A stretch of DNA of 64,000 bases from a virus (IMGVR_UViG_3300043434_000266:1-64000), one strand, 5' to 3'; counted from the first letter of the stretch, positions 53,725 to 63,053 are shown. Numbers and translations: made by a program. The notes: generated by a model from the sequence alone, not told the origin.

Positions 53725-54701
53725 TTACTTATTGCTTCTTTTAATAATGGATATAATACTTCTCTTGTCTTAACTAAACCGTGGTCTCTAACAGAATCAG
53801 ATAGATCCTTACTAAGTGGTAGGACAACACTAGCGATACCATAAGTTGATTCATATTTACTCATAGCTTTTCTACCGGCGTCGTCATTGTCAAACAAAGT
53901 AATGATATTCTTATACTTGCTTTTATATATGCTAATCGCACCTTGTGGGATAACAGTATTCTCACTATCTGGTGCTACGAATTCCGCATTGAATCCGAAC
54001 TTAGATAGTGACATAAGATCCTTGAGTGAACTGCATATGATGAGATTTGGTTTCTCAAACTTTAGTTGATCTGTACCTTGAATATAATTCTTAACTTTTA
54101 GAAACTTATGATCAGGATTCATCGGTTGATACATCTTGTAAATACTACCGTCTAGTCTTGTATATGCGTACAAATAGGGACCAGTAATAGACAAGTGTTT
54201 AACCGCATCTTCATCCTGCTTCTCCATAGAATAATCACCAACAGGAAATACATTGTATCTCTCTAGTGTTTCCGAATCAATATCAAATTGAGTCCAAAAA
54301 CTTGCATCACCTTTAGTCCAGGAGCGCTTAGAGAAATCTACAATCTTGTACTTCGCCATTTTCTTAAACGTACGCATGTCGTCAGTTGTACCAGTGTGTA
54401 GAAACTCACGGTAATCTTTTATAACCTTATTGACAGCTTCCGGGAATGTTACACCATATAGATCCATTACTAGATTGATTGGTGAACCGCCTCTACCAGA
54501 TGAGAAATCTTTAAACAGATACTTCTCTTCTTTACGATAGATACAGAAACTTGCAGTACGTTCTGTAGGATTAAATACAGATTTAATTTTTACATCTTGA
54601 CCGATTAATTTTTCGTTTAGATTACAATAATGCTCAAACATCCAGTAATCCGGAACATCATCATAACTAGACACTAGAACTTTAGAACTTATCATAAACA
54701 T
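53721..54701 (-). CDS. DNA primase (degenerate Zn-binding domain plus TOPRIM)
   Basis: ERTASF..FKDFSSG N-terminal domain; TOPRIM ..SSLKD..LFDNDDAG..KDLSD. Confidence 0.82.
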   Translation of the reverse strand: MFMISSKVLVSSYDDVPDYWMFEHYCNLNEKLIGQDVKIKSVFNPTERTASFCIYRKEEKYLFKDFSSGRGGSPINLVMDLYGVTFPEAVNKVIKDYREFLHTGTTDDMRTFKKMAKYKIVDFSKRSWTKGDASFWTQFDIDSETLERYNVFPVGDYSMEKQDEDAVKHLSITGPYLYAYTRLDGSIYKMYQPMNPDHKFLKVKNYIQGTDQLKFEKPNLIICSSLKDLMSLSKFGFNAEFVAPDSENTVIPQGAISIYKSKYKNIITLFDNDDAGRKAMSKYESTYGIASVVLPLSKDLSDSVRDHGLVKTREVLYPLLKEAISK

Positions 54702-54707
54702 AGAGAT

Positions 54708-54733
54708 AAAAAAGGGGGAGCAATACTCCCCCT
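54708..54733 (-). terminator. Intrinsic terminator after the SSB gene
   Basis: 8-bp stem AGGGGGAG/CTCCCCCT, 5-nt loop, U-tract on the minus strand. Confidence 0.8.
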
Positions 54734-54751
54734 CTTATCGTTAAACTTAGA

Positions 54752-55435
54752 TTACAATTCGAAATCAGAACCTACTGAAGACGATGTAGTAACGGTACCG
54801 CTACCAAACGACTCAACATTTTCTACTTTCTTCTTCTTGATGTGAAGATCAGATTCAAACTTGATCAATTTAGAGTCAGCTACATTAGCATTCTCCATAT
54901 TGTATGCACCGCGTTGGTTTCTAACTAGGAACATGTCATAGTTTGTATAACCTTCCTTGTTAAGATACTCTTTACCACCTACACACATTCTAACAAACAC
55001 ATCTTTGAAAGGTGCGTCATTGTTAAATGCTGTAACATAGTCTTCGATAGTTTCATGCTTGCTGTCATTCTCATCCATCCAGTTGAGTTTGTCTACAACA
55101 CGACAGATGTTCTGTAATGCTTTCAATATATCCATATCACGAGACACAGAGATACCTGTCTTAGTAGTTCCGTCTTTGTAAGCATATTCAGAAGTCTTCA
55201 CTTTACCTACTTGACCTTCGTAACGTCCTTTTTCAGGATTGTTCTTATCAATATAGAAACCTTCGAATCCTTCAATAGGACGAGTTTCTACGTTCATTAC
55301 CAAGTTGTAAGCGTTCTTGTCATAGACAGGTGCTTCCAATGTGATACTGTTGATTTTAACTTCTGTGTTACCAGGACCGATAACTTTTGGTAAAGATGTA
55401 CCTTCTGAGCTTTTTAAATCTTTTGTGCTAATCAT
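54752..55435 (-). CDS. Putative single-stranded DNA-binding protein
   Basis: Between Sak4 and primase; beta-rich; flexible tail ending SDFEL; followed by a terminator. Confidence 0.55.
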   Translation of the reverse strand: MISTKDLKSSEGTSLPKVIGPGNTEVKINSITLEAPVYDKNAYNLVMNVETRPIEGFEGFYIDKNNPEKGRYEGQVGKVKTSEYAYKDGTTKTGISVSRDMDILKALQNICRVVDKLNWMDENDSKHETIEDYVTAFNNDAPFKDVFVRMCVGGKEYLNKEGYTNYDMFLVRNQRGAYNMENANVADSKLIKFESDLHIKKKKVENVESFGSGTVTTSSSVGSDFEL

Positions 55436-55446
55436 TTTTCTTAATT

Positions 55447-56190
55447 TTAATCAATGTAAATTTCATTCCAGTTAACTACGATCGTTCCGTCTTCTTGCAT
55501 TTCAGACAGAACTATTTCTTTGTTGCTTAAGTGTGCAGGTCTTGCTCCACATGCTACTTCATCTGAGGTCTTAAAACTAATAATGTTTTTCTTACCTTTT
55601 CTGTACAAGTAACCTATAGAGTCAGAGTTAGACGCTGTGATTCTCTTTAACTTACCAGTTAAATCTAGATCTAGCGAGTTGAATTCTGAACCATTCTTCT
55701 CAAGCATTGTGTCTTTTACGTGACCCACTAGAATAGTTCTAGGTGCCCAGGTTTGAATATAATTCACAACCTTCGTAAATGCTTCCCTTAGATATGGATA
55801 ACCAGCACCATTAGGTAGACTAAGAATACTACTATACTTAGGTTTACCTTCTGTTAACCAGTTCTTACCCATAGGGGTTTTCATATACAACTCTTCAGCA
55901 TACGGAATACACATCTCTTCTAATGCAGTGATGGTATCGACAGCAACGTATTTATAAGGATTACCGGCATCCTTAATAGCTTTTCCGATATGCTTAATTT
56001 CTTCTACACTACTAGCTTCTATCTTCATAGCATCTACATACTTTGAACCTTTCTCAAGGTCAAGTATTAAACAGTTGTCTAATTGAGATAGTAAGGTAGT
56101 CTTACCGGTTTTGGGTTTTGAAAAAATAATCAGGTTCTTTGGACTCGTGTGTTCCGCAGCAACCTTCGCTGTTGGTAATATAATCTCCAT
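55447..56190 (-). CDS. Sak4-like (AAA_24) ssDNA annealing ATPase
   Basis: SKPKTGKT, LDLEKG, VAVDTIT, GAGY, LVGH. Confidence 0.85.
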   Translation of the reverse strand: MEIILPTAKVAAEHTSPKNLIIFSKPKTGKTTLLSQLDNCLILDLEKGSKYVDAMKIEASSVEEIKHIGKAIKDAGNPYKYVAVDTITALEEMCIPYAEELYMKTPMGKNWLTEGKPKYSSILSLPNGAGYPYLREAFTKVVNYIQTWAPRTILVGHVKDTMLEKNGSEFNSLDLDLTGKLKRITASNSDSIGYLYRKGKKNIISFKTSDEVACGARPAHLSNKEIVLSEMQEDGTIVVNWNEIYID

Positions 56191-56204
56191 TGTTTTGATA
56201 TTTG

Positions 56205-56741
56205 TTACTTAACTAAGTCGTTCAACCACTTCTTGTTGCTGATTGGTTTCTTCAACAAAATCGCAGCTAAATCTTTGATTGTCATTTCAGACATAGGAGC
56301 ATCATCTTGCAACAAGTTTGAGAAATCATCAAACTCTGTTACCTTCAAGTTCGCCGCAGCATTAAACTTTGCTGGAGCTGTAACTTTTACAAGTTCACTA
56401 ACAGGAATCAAGTAACGCATCTTAGGATCATCAGAAGGAGTTGTAGTATCATACTCTTCTTCCCAATGGGGATTAAAATATAATCTCCACAATGTTCTGT
56501 TTGCATCTTGTGGTTCTGTATCACCTGCTACAAACTCTGTATACACGTCAGTCCCTTTTCTCAATTCACTAGGAAACAAACTAATATGCAACTCGTCTTT
56601 ACCTTTAGGTCGATACGCAATCTTTGGATAGAAATACGCGTCAGGAATTCCTAAGGCATTGAATGTTTCTTGGTGATACTCTCTTAGTTCAGCAACTTTT
56701 GTTTTGTAATCTTTTTCTTTTTCTTTCAAACTTAAACTCAT
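56205..56741 (-). CDS. Hypothetical replication-region protein
   Basis: 178-aa ORF coupled to the helicase; YLIPVSEL and MTIKDLAAI..KPIS.K.WLN motifs. Confidence 0.75.
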   Translation of the reverse strand: MSLSLKEKEKDYKTKVAELREYHQETFNALGIPDAYFYPKIAYRPKGKDELHISLFPSELRKGTDVYTEFVAGDTEPQDANRTLWRLYFNPHWEEEYDTTTPSDDPKMRYLIPVSELVKVTAPAKFNAAANLKVTEFDDFSNLLQDDAPMSEMTIKDLAAILLKKPISNKKWLNDLVK

Positions 56742-57727
56742 ATTCTTAATCTTTTTTCTTGTTGAGGTGGTGTCTGCATTTCTGAAATACGCATGCGTTC
56801 AAACTCTGCTTTGAAAAAGCTCATTCGATTATCACCATTACGACATTTCAAGAAGTGCAATACAAGCACCCTGTCATTTTCGATCATATACCTATCAGGA
56901 CCATAGAACCTAATCTTTTGTTTAGCAGGTCTATTGATACCAATAAGTGTATCAGCGTGTTGAAGCAGAGCATCTGAACCGAAGATATCAGACTCTAGTA
57001 TGTAATTACCATACTTACCGTCTTCATTCCTCTCAGGATTGTCAATACCCCGGTTAAGCTGTGTAAGAATAATAAACGCGATTGGGAATCTACGTTTAAG
57101 TTCTGTGATAGCTTCACCTAGATTATATAAGGTATCAAACTTATCCTTCTCAAATGGTGCTTTCTTTAACAGCAAAGAGTGATCGAGAGTCACTATTGTT
57201 TTCGTAAATTCAAACTTACCTTCGTCATCCTTAGTCGCGTGGGTATTCATATAATCCACAATTACTTCTTTAAGTTCGTTGACGGTGATAGGTTCCTCTA
57301 CTATATCAATAGGGATCTTTACTCTCTCTTTAGCATGTTCGTAACATACACTAAGATCTTCATTCGATAACTGACCATCTGCACTACATAGGTATTTATA
57401 AGATTTACCAAGTACACTAGAGAATTCTCTGATCGCAGACGTACGAGCGAGCATCTCGAACTGAAACTCCAAAACACGAAATTGTTCGTCAGGGTTCAAT
57501 ACAAATGCTTCTCTTACAATCTGATCTTTAATCAAAGTTTTCCCGCTACCTGGTCTACCACCTATAACAGTCATCGAGTGCCATTCGAGACCATCAGTAG
57601 TAGCATCATTAAACTTTTCCCACGGAGTCTTCAAGCTACGAATTTCACCATCCATTCTACCTTTTAGGTAAACTAATGAGTCAAGGAAACCTTGCTTCTG
57701 GTCTTTCCAAAGCTTTTTTTTCTCCAT
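56738..57727 (-). CDS. DnaB-like (SF4) replicative helicase, ATPase domain only
   Basis: GGRPGSGKT, FQFEM, LDH, LTQLNR, SDALLQHAD, LKCRNG. Confidence 0.88.
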   Translation of the reverse strand: MEKKKLWKDQKQGFLDSLVYLKGRMDGEIRSLKTPWEKFNDATTDGLEWHSMTVIGGRPGSGKTLIKDQIVREAFVLNPDEQFRVLEFQFEMLARTSAIREFSSVLGKSYKYLCSADGQLSNEDLSVCYEHAKERVKIPIDIVEEPITVNELKEVIVDYMNTHATKDDEGKFEFTKTIVTLDHSLLLKKAPFEKDKFDTLYNLGEAITELKRRFPIAFIILTQLNRGIDNPERNEDGKYGNYILESDIFGSDALLQHADTLIGINRPAKQKIRFYGPDRYMIENDRVLVLHFLKCRNGDNRMSFFKAEFERMRISEMQTPPQQEKRLRI

Positions 57728-57738
57728 TATAGTACTGA

Positions 57739-57933
57739 TTATCGTTGTTGAACGCTGATCCAGCGATGTACAAATTTATAAAATGTGTGTGATAAAACCA
57801 AGAGAAGCTCAATAATTAAGTACTCCAAGATATTAACATTCACAATGAAAGTATCTATGATAAAATAACACAATATCGACAATATTATCGACATACCTAT
57901 CTTTAATAGGATTTTCTCTGTTTCTAAACTCAT
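57739..57933 (-). CDS. Small membrane protein
   Basis: 64 aa with two hydrophobic segments. Confidence 0.6.
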   Translation of the reverse strand: MSLETEKILLKIGMSIILSILCYFIIDTFIVNVNILEYLIIELLLVLSHTFYKFVHRWISVQQR

Positions 57934-58490
57934 ACTACTCTTTCTGAGAAGTGAGCGTTGTCAGTTAGATCATCACCACCTAGAACAATATCACAACAAT
58001 TAGCAAGTTCAGAATCCCATGTCTTATCTGTATTTTGTTTACGGATAAAATACTGGGAGTTCCTCATATACTTATAGTTATCTTTCTCATAGGTATCTAC
58101 ATAATAAGATGTAGCTTTGAGAACTATTGTCCATTCGTAGTCATAGTTCTTAAAGAACCAACTAAACGCTTCTTCAATGTTTCTTTTGTTTACTCTGGCA
58201 GGTTTACCACTTGGTAACTTACCTTTTGGAAATAACTCTAAATAATCATCTACATTATAGGTAGTAGTCTTTGCTTTTGCAGGTACACTTACAAGTTTAC
58301 CTAGAACATCCTGTCCTTTCTGTGTGATCTTAGAGTCTTTTAGATACCCATCTGTTGTTAAACAACGCATCTCTAATGCAGTATTGATATGTTTAGGTAC
58401 TCTTTTCATAGAGATGCACCATAGCATATAATACTGATTTGGAGTTATACCTTTGATTTCAATATGGTCAAATAGTTCTTGCATAATCAA
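57930..58490 (-). CDS. Putative replication initiator / helicase-loader-like protein
   Basis: N-terminal wHTH-like region; YLELFP..ATSYYV..YMRNSQYFI C-terminal domain; upstream of the helicase. Confidence 0.45.
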   Translation of the reverse strand: MIMQELFDHIEIKGITPNQYYMLWCISMKRVPKHINTALEMRCLTTDGYLKDSKITQKGQDVLGKLVSVPAKAKTTTYNVDDYLELFPKGKLPSGKPARVNKRNIEEAFSWFFKNYDYEWTIVLKATSYYVDTYEKDNYKYMRNSQYFIRKQNTDKTWDSELANCCDIVLGGDDLTDNAHFSERVV

Positions 58491-58495
58491 CGAAT

Positions 58496-58978
58496 TTAAT
58501 CAAGATATTGTAATACCTCACCACCTGGATGATCTTTGAGACGTGTTGTAAACTGCTTTAATGTTTTAATATAATCAGCTGTATTGTAAGTTAAAGCATC
58601 TAACACAGTCTTTTTAGCTGCAATCACAGTTGTTCTATCTCTGTTAATAACATAAGCAACAGCACTATCTGTATAACCCATCTCACCTGCTATGTAACAT
58701 AGTAGTTGACGGGGTACAACGAGAGGTCTCTTTCTAGAAAACTTCTGATCTGTCATAAGACATGTAGGTGAAATCTCTAAAGCAATCTCTACAAGAGTTG
58801 ATAGAGGTACCTTAAATTCTCTAAACACATTCACATACGAGATGTTTAGCTTTTTTAGTTTTTCCTCTAGTGCTCTTTCCACATTTGCTTGAAATGTTTG
58901 GAACACTAACTTCAACTGCTGGTTCATTATTATCAGAGCTTGGTTCAAATCCTCCGCTCTCTTCTGGTTCTCTGTCAT
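58496..58978 (-). CDS. Protein with DnaA C-terminal (domain IV) HTH-like domain
   Basis: SRKRPLVVPRQLLCYI..G.TDSAVAYVINRDRTTVIAA resembles the DnaA R....V..RQ..MYL....IG..F.RDHTTV.HA signature. Confidence 0.75.
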   Translation of the reverse strand: MTENQKRAEDLNQALIIMNQQLKLVFQTFQANVERALEEKLKKLNISYVNVFREFKVPLSTLVEIALEISPTCLMTDQKFSRKRPLVVPRQLLCYIAGEMGYTDSAVAYVINRDRTTVIAAKKTVLDALTYNTADYIKTLKQFTTRLKDHPGGEVLQYLD

Positions 58979-59204
58979 ATAATCTTGTGTGTTTAGTTTC
59001 TAAAGCAAAGTGATTTACTGATTTCATCCGCCTGTATACAGTATCAACCATATCAGTTATACCAGTCATCTTGATATCAGCATCAGATAAAGCATCGTGT
59101 AGACACTTACTCTTGAATATACCCATATGACTTTTAACTGAAAATACAACTTCACCATACTGTGTAAGTTCACTTGATACAGTTATTGTTACTTTTTCTA
59201 CCAT
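58821..59204 (-). CDS. Hypothetical protein
   Basis: 127-aa ORF; 3' part overlaps the next gene by 158 nt. Confidence 0.55.
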   Translation of the reverse strand: MVEKVTITVSSELTQYGEVVFSVKSHMGIFKSKCLHDALSDADIKMTGITDMVDTVYRRMKSVNHFALETKHTRLYDREPEESGGFEPSSDNNEPAVEVSVPNISSKCGKSTRGKTKKAKHLVCECV

Positions 59205-59911
59205 TTAATTTCTGTTTTACCTTGTAATTTTAAACATTCATTTACTCTGTTCCATACATTATCACAATCCCATTTAGACTGCTTGTTGTAGGCAGCACTT
59301 GCAGGATGAGATATAAGTATCTTACAGTTACCTTCGGGTACTAACTTAGCAAACTCTTGTGCTTGCTTACCCATAAACACATATACAAGTTCATTAGATT
59401 TATTCCATACTAATGAATCTATAACAGATGCAGTGAATGGTTTCCATAGCATTTGATGTGACCCTGGTTTACCAATAGTAGTAGTTAATGCTGTATTGAG
59501 CAATAATACACCTTGATGAGACCATCTCTTCAAATCACAATCTTCCGTATTAATATTAGAATCATACGTATCTTTTAAAGAACCGAATATATACCTAAGA
59601 GATGCTTCAGGACGTTGTGTTTTACTACATGAAAACGCAATACCATCTGCAACATCTTGCTGCGGATAAGGATCCTGTCCAATTATAACAACTTTTACAT
59701 CGTTAAATGGACATTCTACAAACGCATTGAATAGATCTTTTATCTTAGGTGTGAATCTTTTGTTATCCATAGCATCGGATAAAAGAGTATTTAATAGATT
59801 ATCCATACTGGGAGTATCTAAATAACCTTCTAGATATATATTCCATTTTGATGGACGTAACTTGTCAATCAATTTGTCTTTTACTTCTTGTAAGTTTACA
59901 CTTTCTAGCAT
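59198..59911 (-). CDS. ung: Family 1 uracil-DNA glycosylase
   Basis: VVIIGQDPYP, GIAFS, QGVLLLNTALT, SHPAS; ATG at 59911 preferred. Confidence 0.92.
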   Translation of the reverse strand: MLESVNLQEVKDKLIDKLRPSKWNIYLEGYLDTPSMDNLLNTLLSDAMDNKRFTPKIKDLFNAFVECPFNDVKVVIIGQDPYPQQDVADGIAFSCSKTQRPEASLRYIFGSLKDTYDSNINTEDCDLKRWSHQGVLLLNTALTTTIGKPGSHQMLWKPFTASVIDSLVWNKSNELVYVFMGKQAQEFAKLVPEGNCKILISHPASAAYNKQSKWDCDNVWNRVNECLKLQGKTEIKW

Positions 59912-59918
59912 AAGTTTG
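59887..59918 (+). promoter_or_regulatory. Bacteroidota sigma-A-type promoter for the lone + strand gene
   Basis: cTTG (59887-90), 20-nt spacer, TAAGTTTG (59911-18); consensus is TTTG-N19-21-TAnnTTTG; 16 nt upstream of ATG 59935. Confidence 0.6.
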
Positions 59919-59934
59919 TATAAAATAATTAATA

Positions 59935-60264
59935 ATGAGCGACTCAAATACATTAAACGACCCAATAAGAGAAGTTGAAGTTCTAGATGAAAACGCTGTG
60001 TTCAAAGTAGAACTTACAGCACACTACTACTTTCGCTTGAATCAATTCTTGTTTGAAGCATTCCCTGTAAAAGATTCTCAAGAGTTTTTGGAACTACTAG
60101 AGAAAGTTAAAAAGGATGAAGAAGAATCTGATAGGAAAGTATATCATCTAAAAACTTTGATTTCTTTGATGACTGTACTTGAAGATTCTGCTAGAGAGCA
60201 AGGTTTCATGAAAAAGGTAAAACTTAACATTGAAACAGGAGAAAAGATAGAAAACCCTCAATAA
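59935..60264 (+). CDS. Hypothetical acidic helical protein on the opposite strand within the replication block
   Basis: 109 aa; fills the gap between ung and the NinB-like gene; has its own promoter. Confidence 0.75.
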   Translation: MSDSNTLNDPIREVEVLDENAVFKVELTAHYYFRLNQFLFEAFPVKDSQEFLELLEKVKKDEEESDRKVYHLKTLISLMTVLEDSAREQGFMKKVKLNIETGEKIENPQ

Positions 60265-60638
60265 AGAGGGAATCCTATCTTGTCACCTATCGCTATACAT
60301 GCTTGAATAGCGCTACTCACTTCTTCTTTACTACAATCTGCGAAAGACACGATGCTGTCACCTTTAACAAGACCAGCTTCGTTCTTTACGTAGAGTTTCA
60401 TGTCATCCATTGACATACCTGCATAATCTGCAAGTTCTCTAATACACTTATGAAGCTTACTTATCTGCGCATAAGACGCGTCATCAGTAACTACTTCATA
60501 TGTAACCTGGACTTTCTGTCCTTCTTCTAACTGTTTTACAAATAGATCAAGTTGAACTTTACTTAGCTGATTTGCTATTATCAGTTCCTTGTTCTCCTTT
60601 TTGAATCTTACGCTTACGGGTAACAGGTTTGCCGCCAT
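60258..60638 (-). CDS. NinB/DUF1367-like protein
   Basis: SYAQISKLHKCIRELADYAG..DDMKLYVK..SFADCSKEE pattern. Confidence 0.5.
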   Translation of the reverse strand: MAANLLPVSVRFKKENKELIIANQLSKVQLDLFVKQLEEGQKVQVTYEVVTDDASYAQISKLHKCIRELADYAGMSMDDMKLYVKNEAGLVKGDSIVSFADCSKEEVSSAIQACIAIGDKIGFPLY

Positions 60639-60864
60639 ATGTTGTTCTTGTTTGACCTTTATCTTTACGTGGTTTTCTCTTAAACTTTGCTAACTCTTGT
60701 TGAAGTTCTGCTTTGTCAACATATGTTCTGACATACTTGTCCATCATCTCTTCATATGCATCTTCAAGTTCTTGAATAAGATCTTTAGCATTCATTAGTT
60801 GACTAAAAGCATAAACTGCTGCAATACCTAGTACTACAGCAATACTTGTTAAAATAATAATCAT
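60559..60864 (-). CDS. Membrane-anchored coiled-coil protein with basic tail
   Basis: N-terminal TM, coiled coil, KRKPRKDKG. Confidence 0.6.
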   Translation of the reverse strand: MIIILTSIAVVLGIAAVYAFSQLMNAKDLIQELEDAYEEMMDKYVRTYVDKAELQQELAKFKRKPRKDKGQTRTTYGGKPVTRKRKIQKGEQGTDNSKSAK

Positions 60865-61190
60865 TGTTTTCCGTATTTGTTTTCTTTAAATTGTTTAATT
60901 ATTGCGGTAACTTCAGGTAAGTCCATCAAAGGAAGGGTGCTTACTTCATTACCAAATGTATCTATTGTCCTTACGAAGTCCGTCATATCAAGACCTGGTG
61001 TTTCCCAGAAAGCTTTGAATAAATGACCGTGTTCTTTAAGAACAGTATCAACAAACTGTTTCATAGTCATCTTAGTTTTGTGCCTATTAAACCACTTGAT
61101 ACCCTCGGTATTATCACAAGCATGAATACATACTTCAAGATGCATCATCAGATGCACAATTCTTAGCTTATCTTCTTCAGACATTTCCAT
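60861..61190 (-). CDS. Hypothetical protein
   Basis: 109-aa ORF, ATGA-coupled. Confidence 0.7.
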   Translation of the reverse strand: MEMSEEDKLRIVHLMMHLEVCIHACDNTEGIKWFNRHKTKMTMKQFVDTVLKEHGHLFKAFWETPGLDMTDFVRTIDTFGNEVSTLPLMDLPEVTAIIKQFKENKYGKQ

Positions 61191-61191
61191 A

Positions 61192-61389
61192 TTAATCTTC
61201 TCTATCTTTAAATCTTTCTGTTATAAGTACATAGATCACAGCAATTGATATTACAATGATAATTGTAGGTAACCACCACCATAACGGTAGTGTAACTAAC
61301 CACCATGACCAGTCAACAACATTACTAAGTTTCAAAGTTAAGAAGACTATGAATACAACTAATGAGATACTCATATTATTTTTTTCCAT
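61192..61389 (-). CDS. Small two-TM membrane protein
   Basis: FIVFLTLKL..VDWSWWLVTLPLW motif, common in phages. Confidence 0.7.
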   Translation of the reverse strand: MEKNNMSISLVVFIVFLTLKLSNVVDWSWWLVTLPLWWWLPTIIIVISIAVIYVLITERFKDRED

Positions 61390-61627
61390 ATTTTTTCACA
61401 AATTTATGCATCTGATACCACTCATTAAATGTTTTTGTCTCATGACCTGCTTCACCATGTACACCTTCTACATATCCACCATTCCATGCTGACTGCAGAT
61501 CAGTCTTATCAAAACAGATTTGATCCCGGAGAATATTATTCTCAGAGTGTACCATAGCCATTCTAACACTCATAAATACTATTACTAAACATAGTGCTAG
61601 TATTAATAACAAATAAACTAATGTCAT
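61376..61627 (-). CDS. Membrane-anchored hypothetical protein
   Basis: N-terminal TM; C-terminal TFNEWY motif. Confidence 0.6.
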   Translation of the reverse strand: MTLVYLLLILALCLVIVFMSVRMAMVHSENNILRDQICFDKTDLQSAWNGGYVEGVHGEAGHETKTFNEWYQMHKFVKKYGKK

Positions 61628-61638
61628 AATTTTAATTT

Positions 61639-61941
61639 TTATTGATATTGACATATATTATAAAACACTTGACCCTCTACTCTACGTACATAATCAATAA
61701 GCAGATAGAGATGTTCTATCTCATCATAACCAAGACGTTTCTTCTCAGCATGCTTATACTTAAACTTATACCCATTACCATCATTAATCATAGTAATAAG
61801 TAATTCACCTTTAGAATCTTCACTCCATGTGTCATTCATACTACGGTATAGTTGATACATAGTACCATCATCAGTGTCTGTTTCTGTAATGATGTACTCA
61901 ACACTCTGTTCCAGTGTGTCTATTACATAATAGTTTTTCAT
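61639..61941 (-). CDS. Hypothetical protein
   Basis: 100-aa ORF in operon. Confidence 0.7.
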   Translation of the reverse strand: MKNYYVIDTLEQSVEYIITETDTDDGTMYQLYRSMNDTWSEDSKGELLITMINDGNGYKFKYKHAEKKRLGYDEIEHLYLLIDYVRRVEGQVFYNICQYQ

Positions 61942-62150
61942 TTCTCTTCTCCTTTTACTATGTTATTAAGTTGATTCCAAATACCTTGAGCATTCTCTCC
62001 CCAGTAATATGTACAGGTAAATTTGTTACCTTCTAATTTTCCGGGTATATCCATGAAGTAAGATTGATACTCATCAGGTTCTGATGTAAACCTATGACAC
62101 TTTTCTTTTACAGGACAGTCAGTCCCTTTACACATTGTAATATCTGGCAT
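61938..62150 (-). CDS. Small Cys-rich protein
   Basis: MPDITMC.G..CP.KE.C.RF..QSYF..C.YYW. Confidence 0.75.
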   Translation of the reverse strand: MPDITMCKGTDCPVKEKCHRFTSEPDEYQSYFMDIPGKLEGNKFTCTYYWGENAQGIWNQLNNIVKGEEK

Positions 62151-62152
62151 GA

Positions 62153-62773
62153 CTATAATTTAAAAGCATTAATAGTGTGTTCAAAAGGATTACCTTCTAG
62201 GTTCTTAACTATGTCTAGCATCTGTTGTGCTAACTCTCTAACTTCAACTTGAGCATGCTCACTGTTGCGTAGTTGTTGAAAGTGTGCAAAACTTCTCCAG
62301 TTAAACATAACATCCATAGTAATCTGAGAGTTAAAAGTTTTAAAGAACCTTGCAGATTCTTTAGCACGCTTACGTCCTAATGTAGGAGTCATAACATCTA
62401 AAGCTTTATGATATAAACGATTAGACATTCTAGTAAACTCTTCTAAAGTATGTTTCCATTCAGTATCCCAATCTTCAGGAATATAAGTCTTGTCTTCCTT
62501 CAACTCTTTATATCTAGCTGACTCACCATTTATACTAACTCCAATACGGTGTTTTAATAAATGAATGTGTGTAGCTTGATCTACAGTTACTAAGAAGTGT
62601 AGACTACTCTTCTCAAAAGGAGTATGATGTCCTTCTGATGCAAGCATGTCTAATAACTTAGGTATTCTATTTACTTTTTCTTCTGTCAAGTCTCTACTTG
62701 TACTTGTCCAAGCTGAACTTGCGTGTATGGTATCATCACCATAAAATCCTAATAAGTCTACTGTGTTCTTCAT
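62153..62773 (-). CDS. thyX: Flavin-dependent thymidylate synthase
   Basis: H.TPFE, KHRIGVSINGESARY (RHRx7SxR variant), KESARF, NWRSF..F..LR...HAQ.E.R. Confidence 0.92.
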   Translation of the reverse strand: MKNTVDLLGFYGDDTIHASSAWTSTSRDLTEEKVNRIPKLLDMLASEGHHTPFEKSSLHFLVTVDQATHIHLLKHRIGVSINGESARYKELKEDKTYIPEDWDTEWKHTLEEFTRMSNRLYHKALDVMTPTLGRKRAKESARFFKTFNSQITMDVMFNWRSFAHFQQLRNSEHAQVEVRELAQQMLDIVKNLEGNPFEHTINAFKL

Positions 62774-63051
62774 TTATACTTTCTTATTATTTCAAATGTT
62801 CTTTTAATAGCTGACCAATCAAGACAGGGTTCCTCACCATTCCTAACAGGATACCAAGCAAAGTTATATCCGTGGTTAGCGTTATAGTCTTCCCGACTTA
62901 CTTTGTTACCATTAACTTTGTCTATATATATCCAAGGAACATTACCAAAGAGTTCTAGTTCTATACCTATCTTCTTTAGTCTATTCCGGAATACTTCTAT
63001 CTCATTCATTGTTACCTCCTTTTGCGCCCATATTTTATCTTTTGCGCTCAT
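62770..63051 (-). CDS. Hypothetical protein
   Basis: RLKKIGIELEL.GN.PWIY..KVNG motif. Confidence 0.7.
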   Translation of the reverse strand: MSAKDKIWAQKEVTMNEIEVFRNRLKKIGIELELFGNVPWIYIDKVNGNKVSREDYNANHGYNFAWYPVRNGEEPCLDWSAIKRTFEIIRKYK

Positions 63052-63053
63052 TT

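Noticed and set aside
47490-58530. Similar peptides PSGGEVLQ (ORF 47441) and PGGEVLQ (ORF 58496)
   Set aside because: The first lies in an overlap constrained by the exonuclease frame; probably coincidental
47441-60638. Long 3' gene overlaps (47441-47544, 58821-58978, 60559-60638) as signs of frameshifting or recoding
   Set aside because: No slippery sites seen; best explained by C-terminal run-on into the next gene in a compact genome
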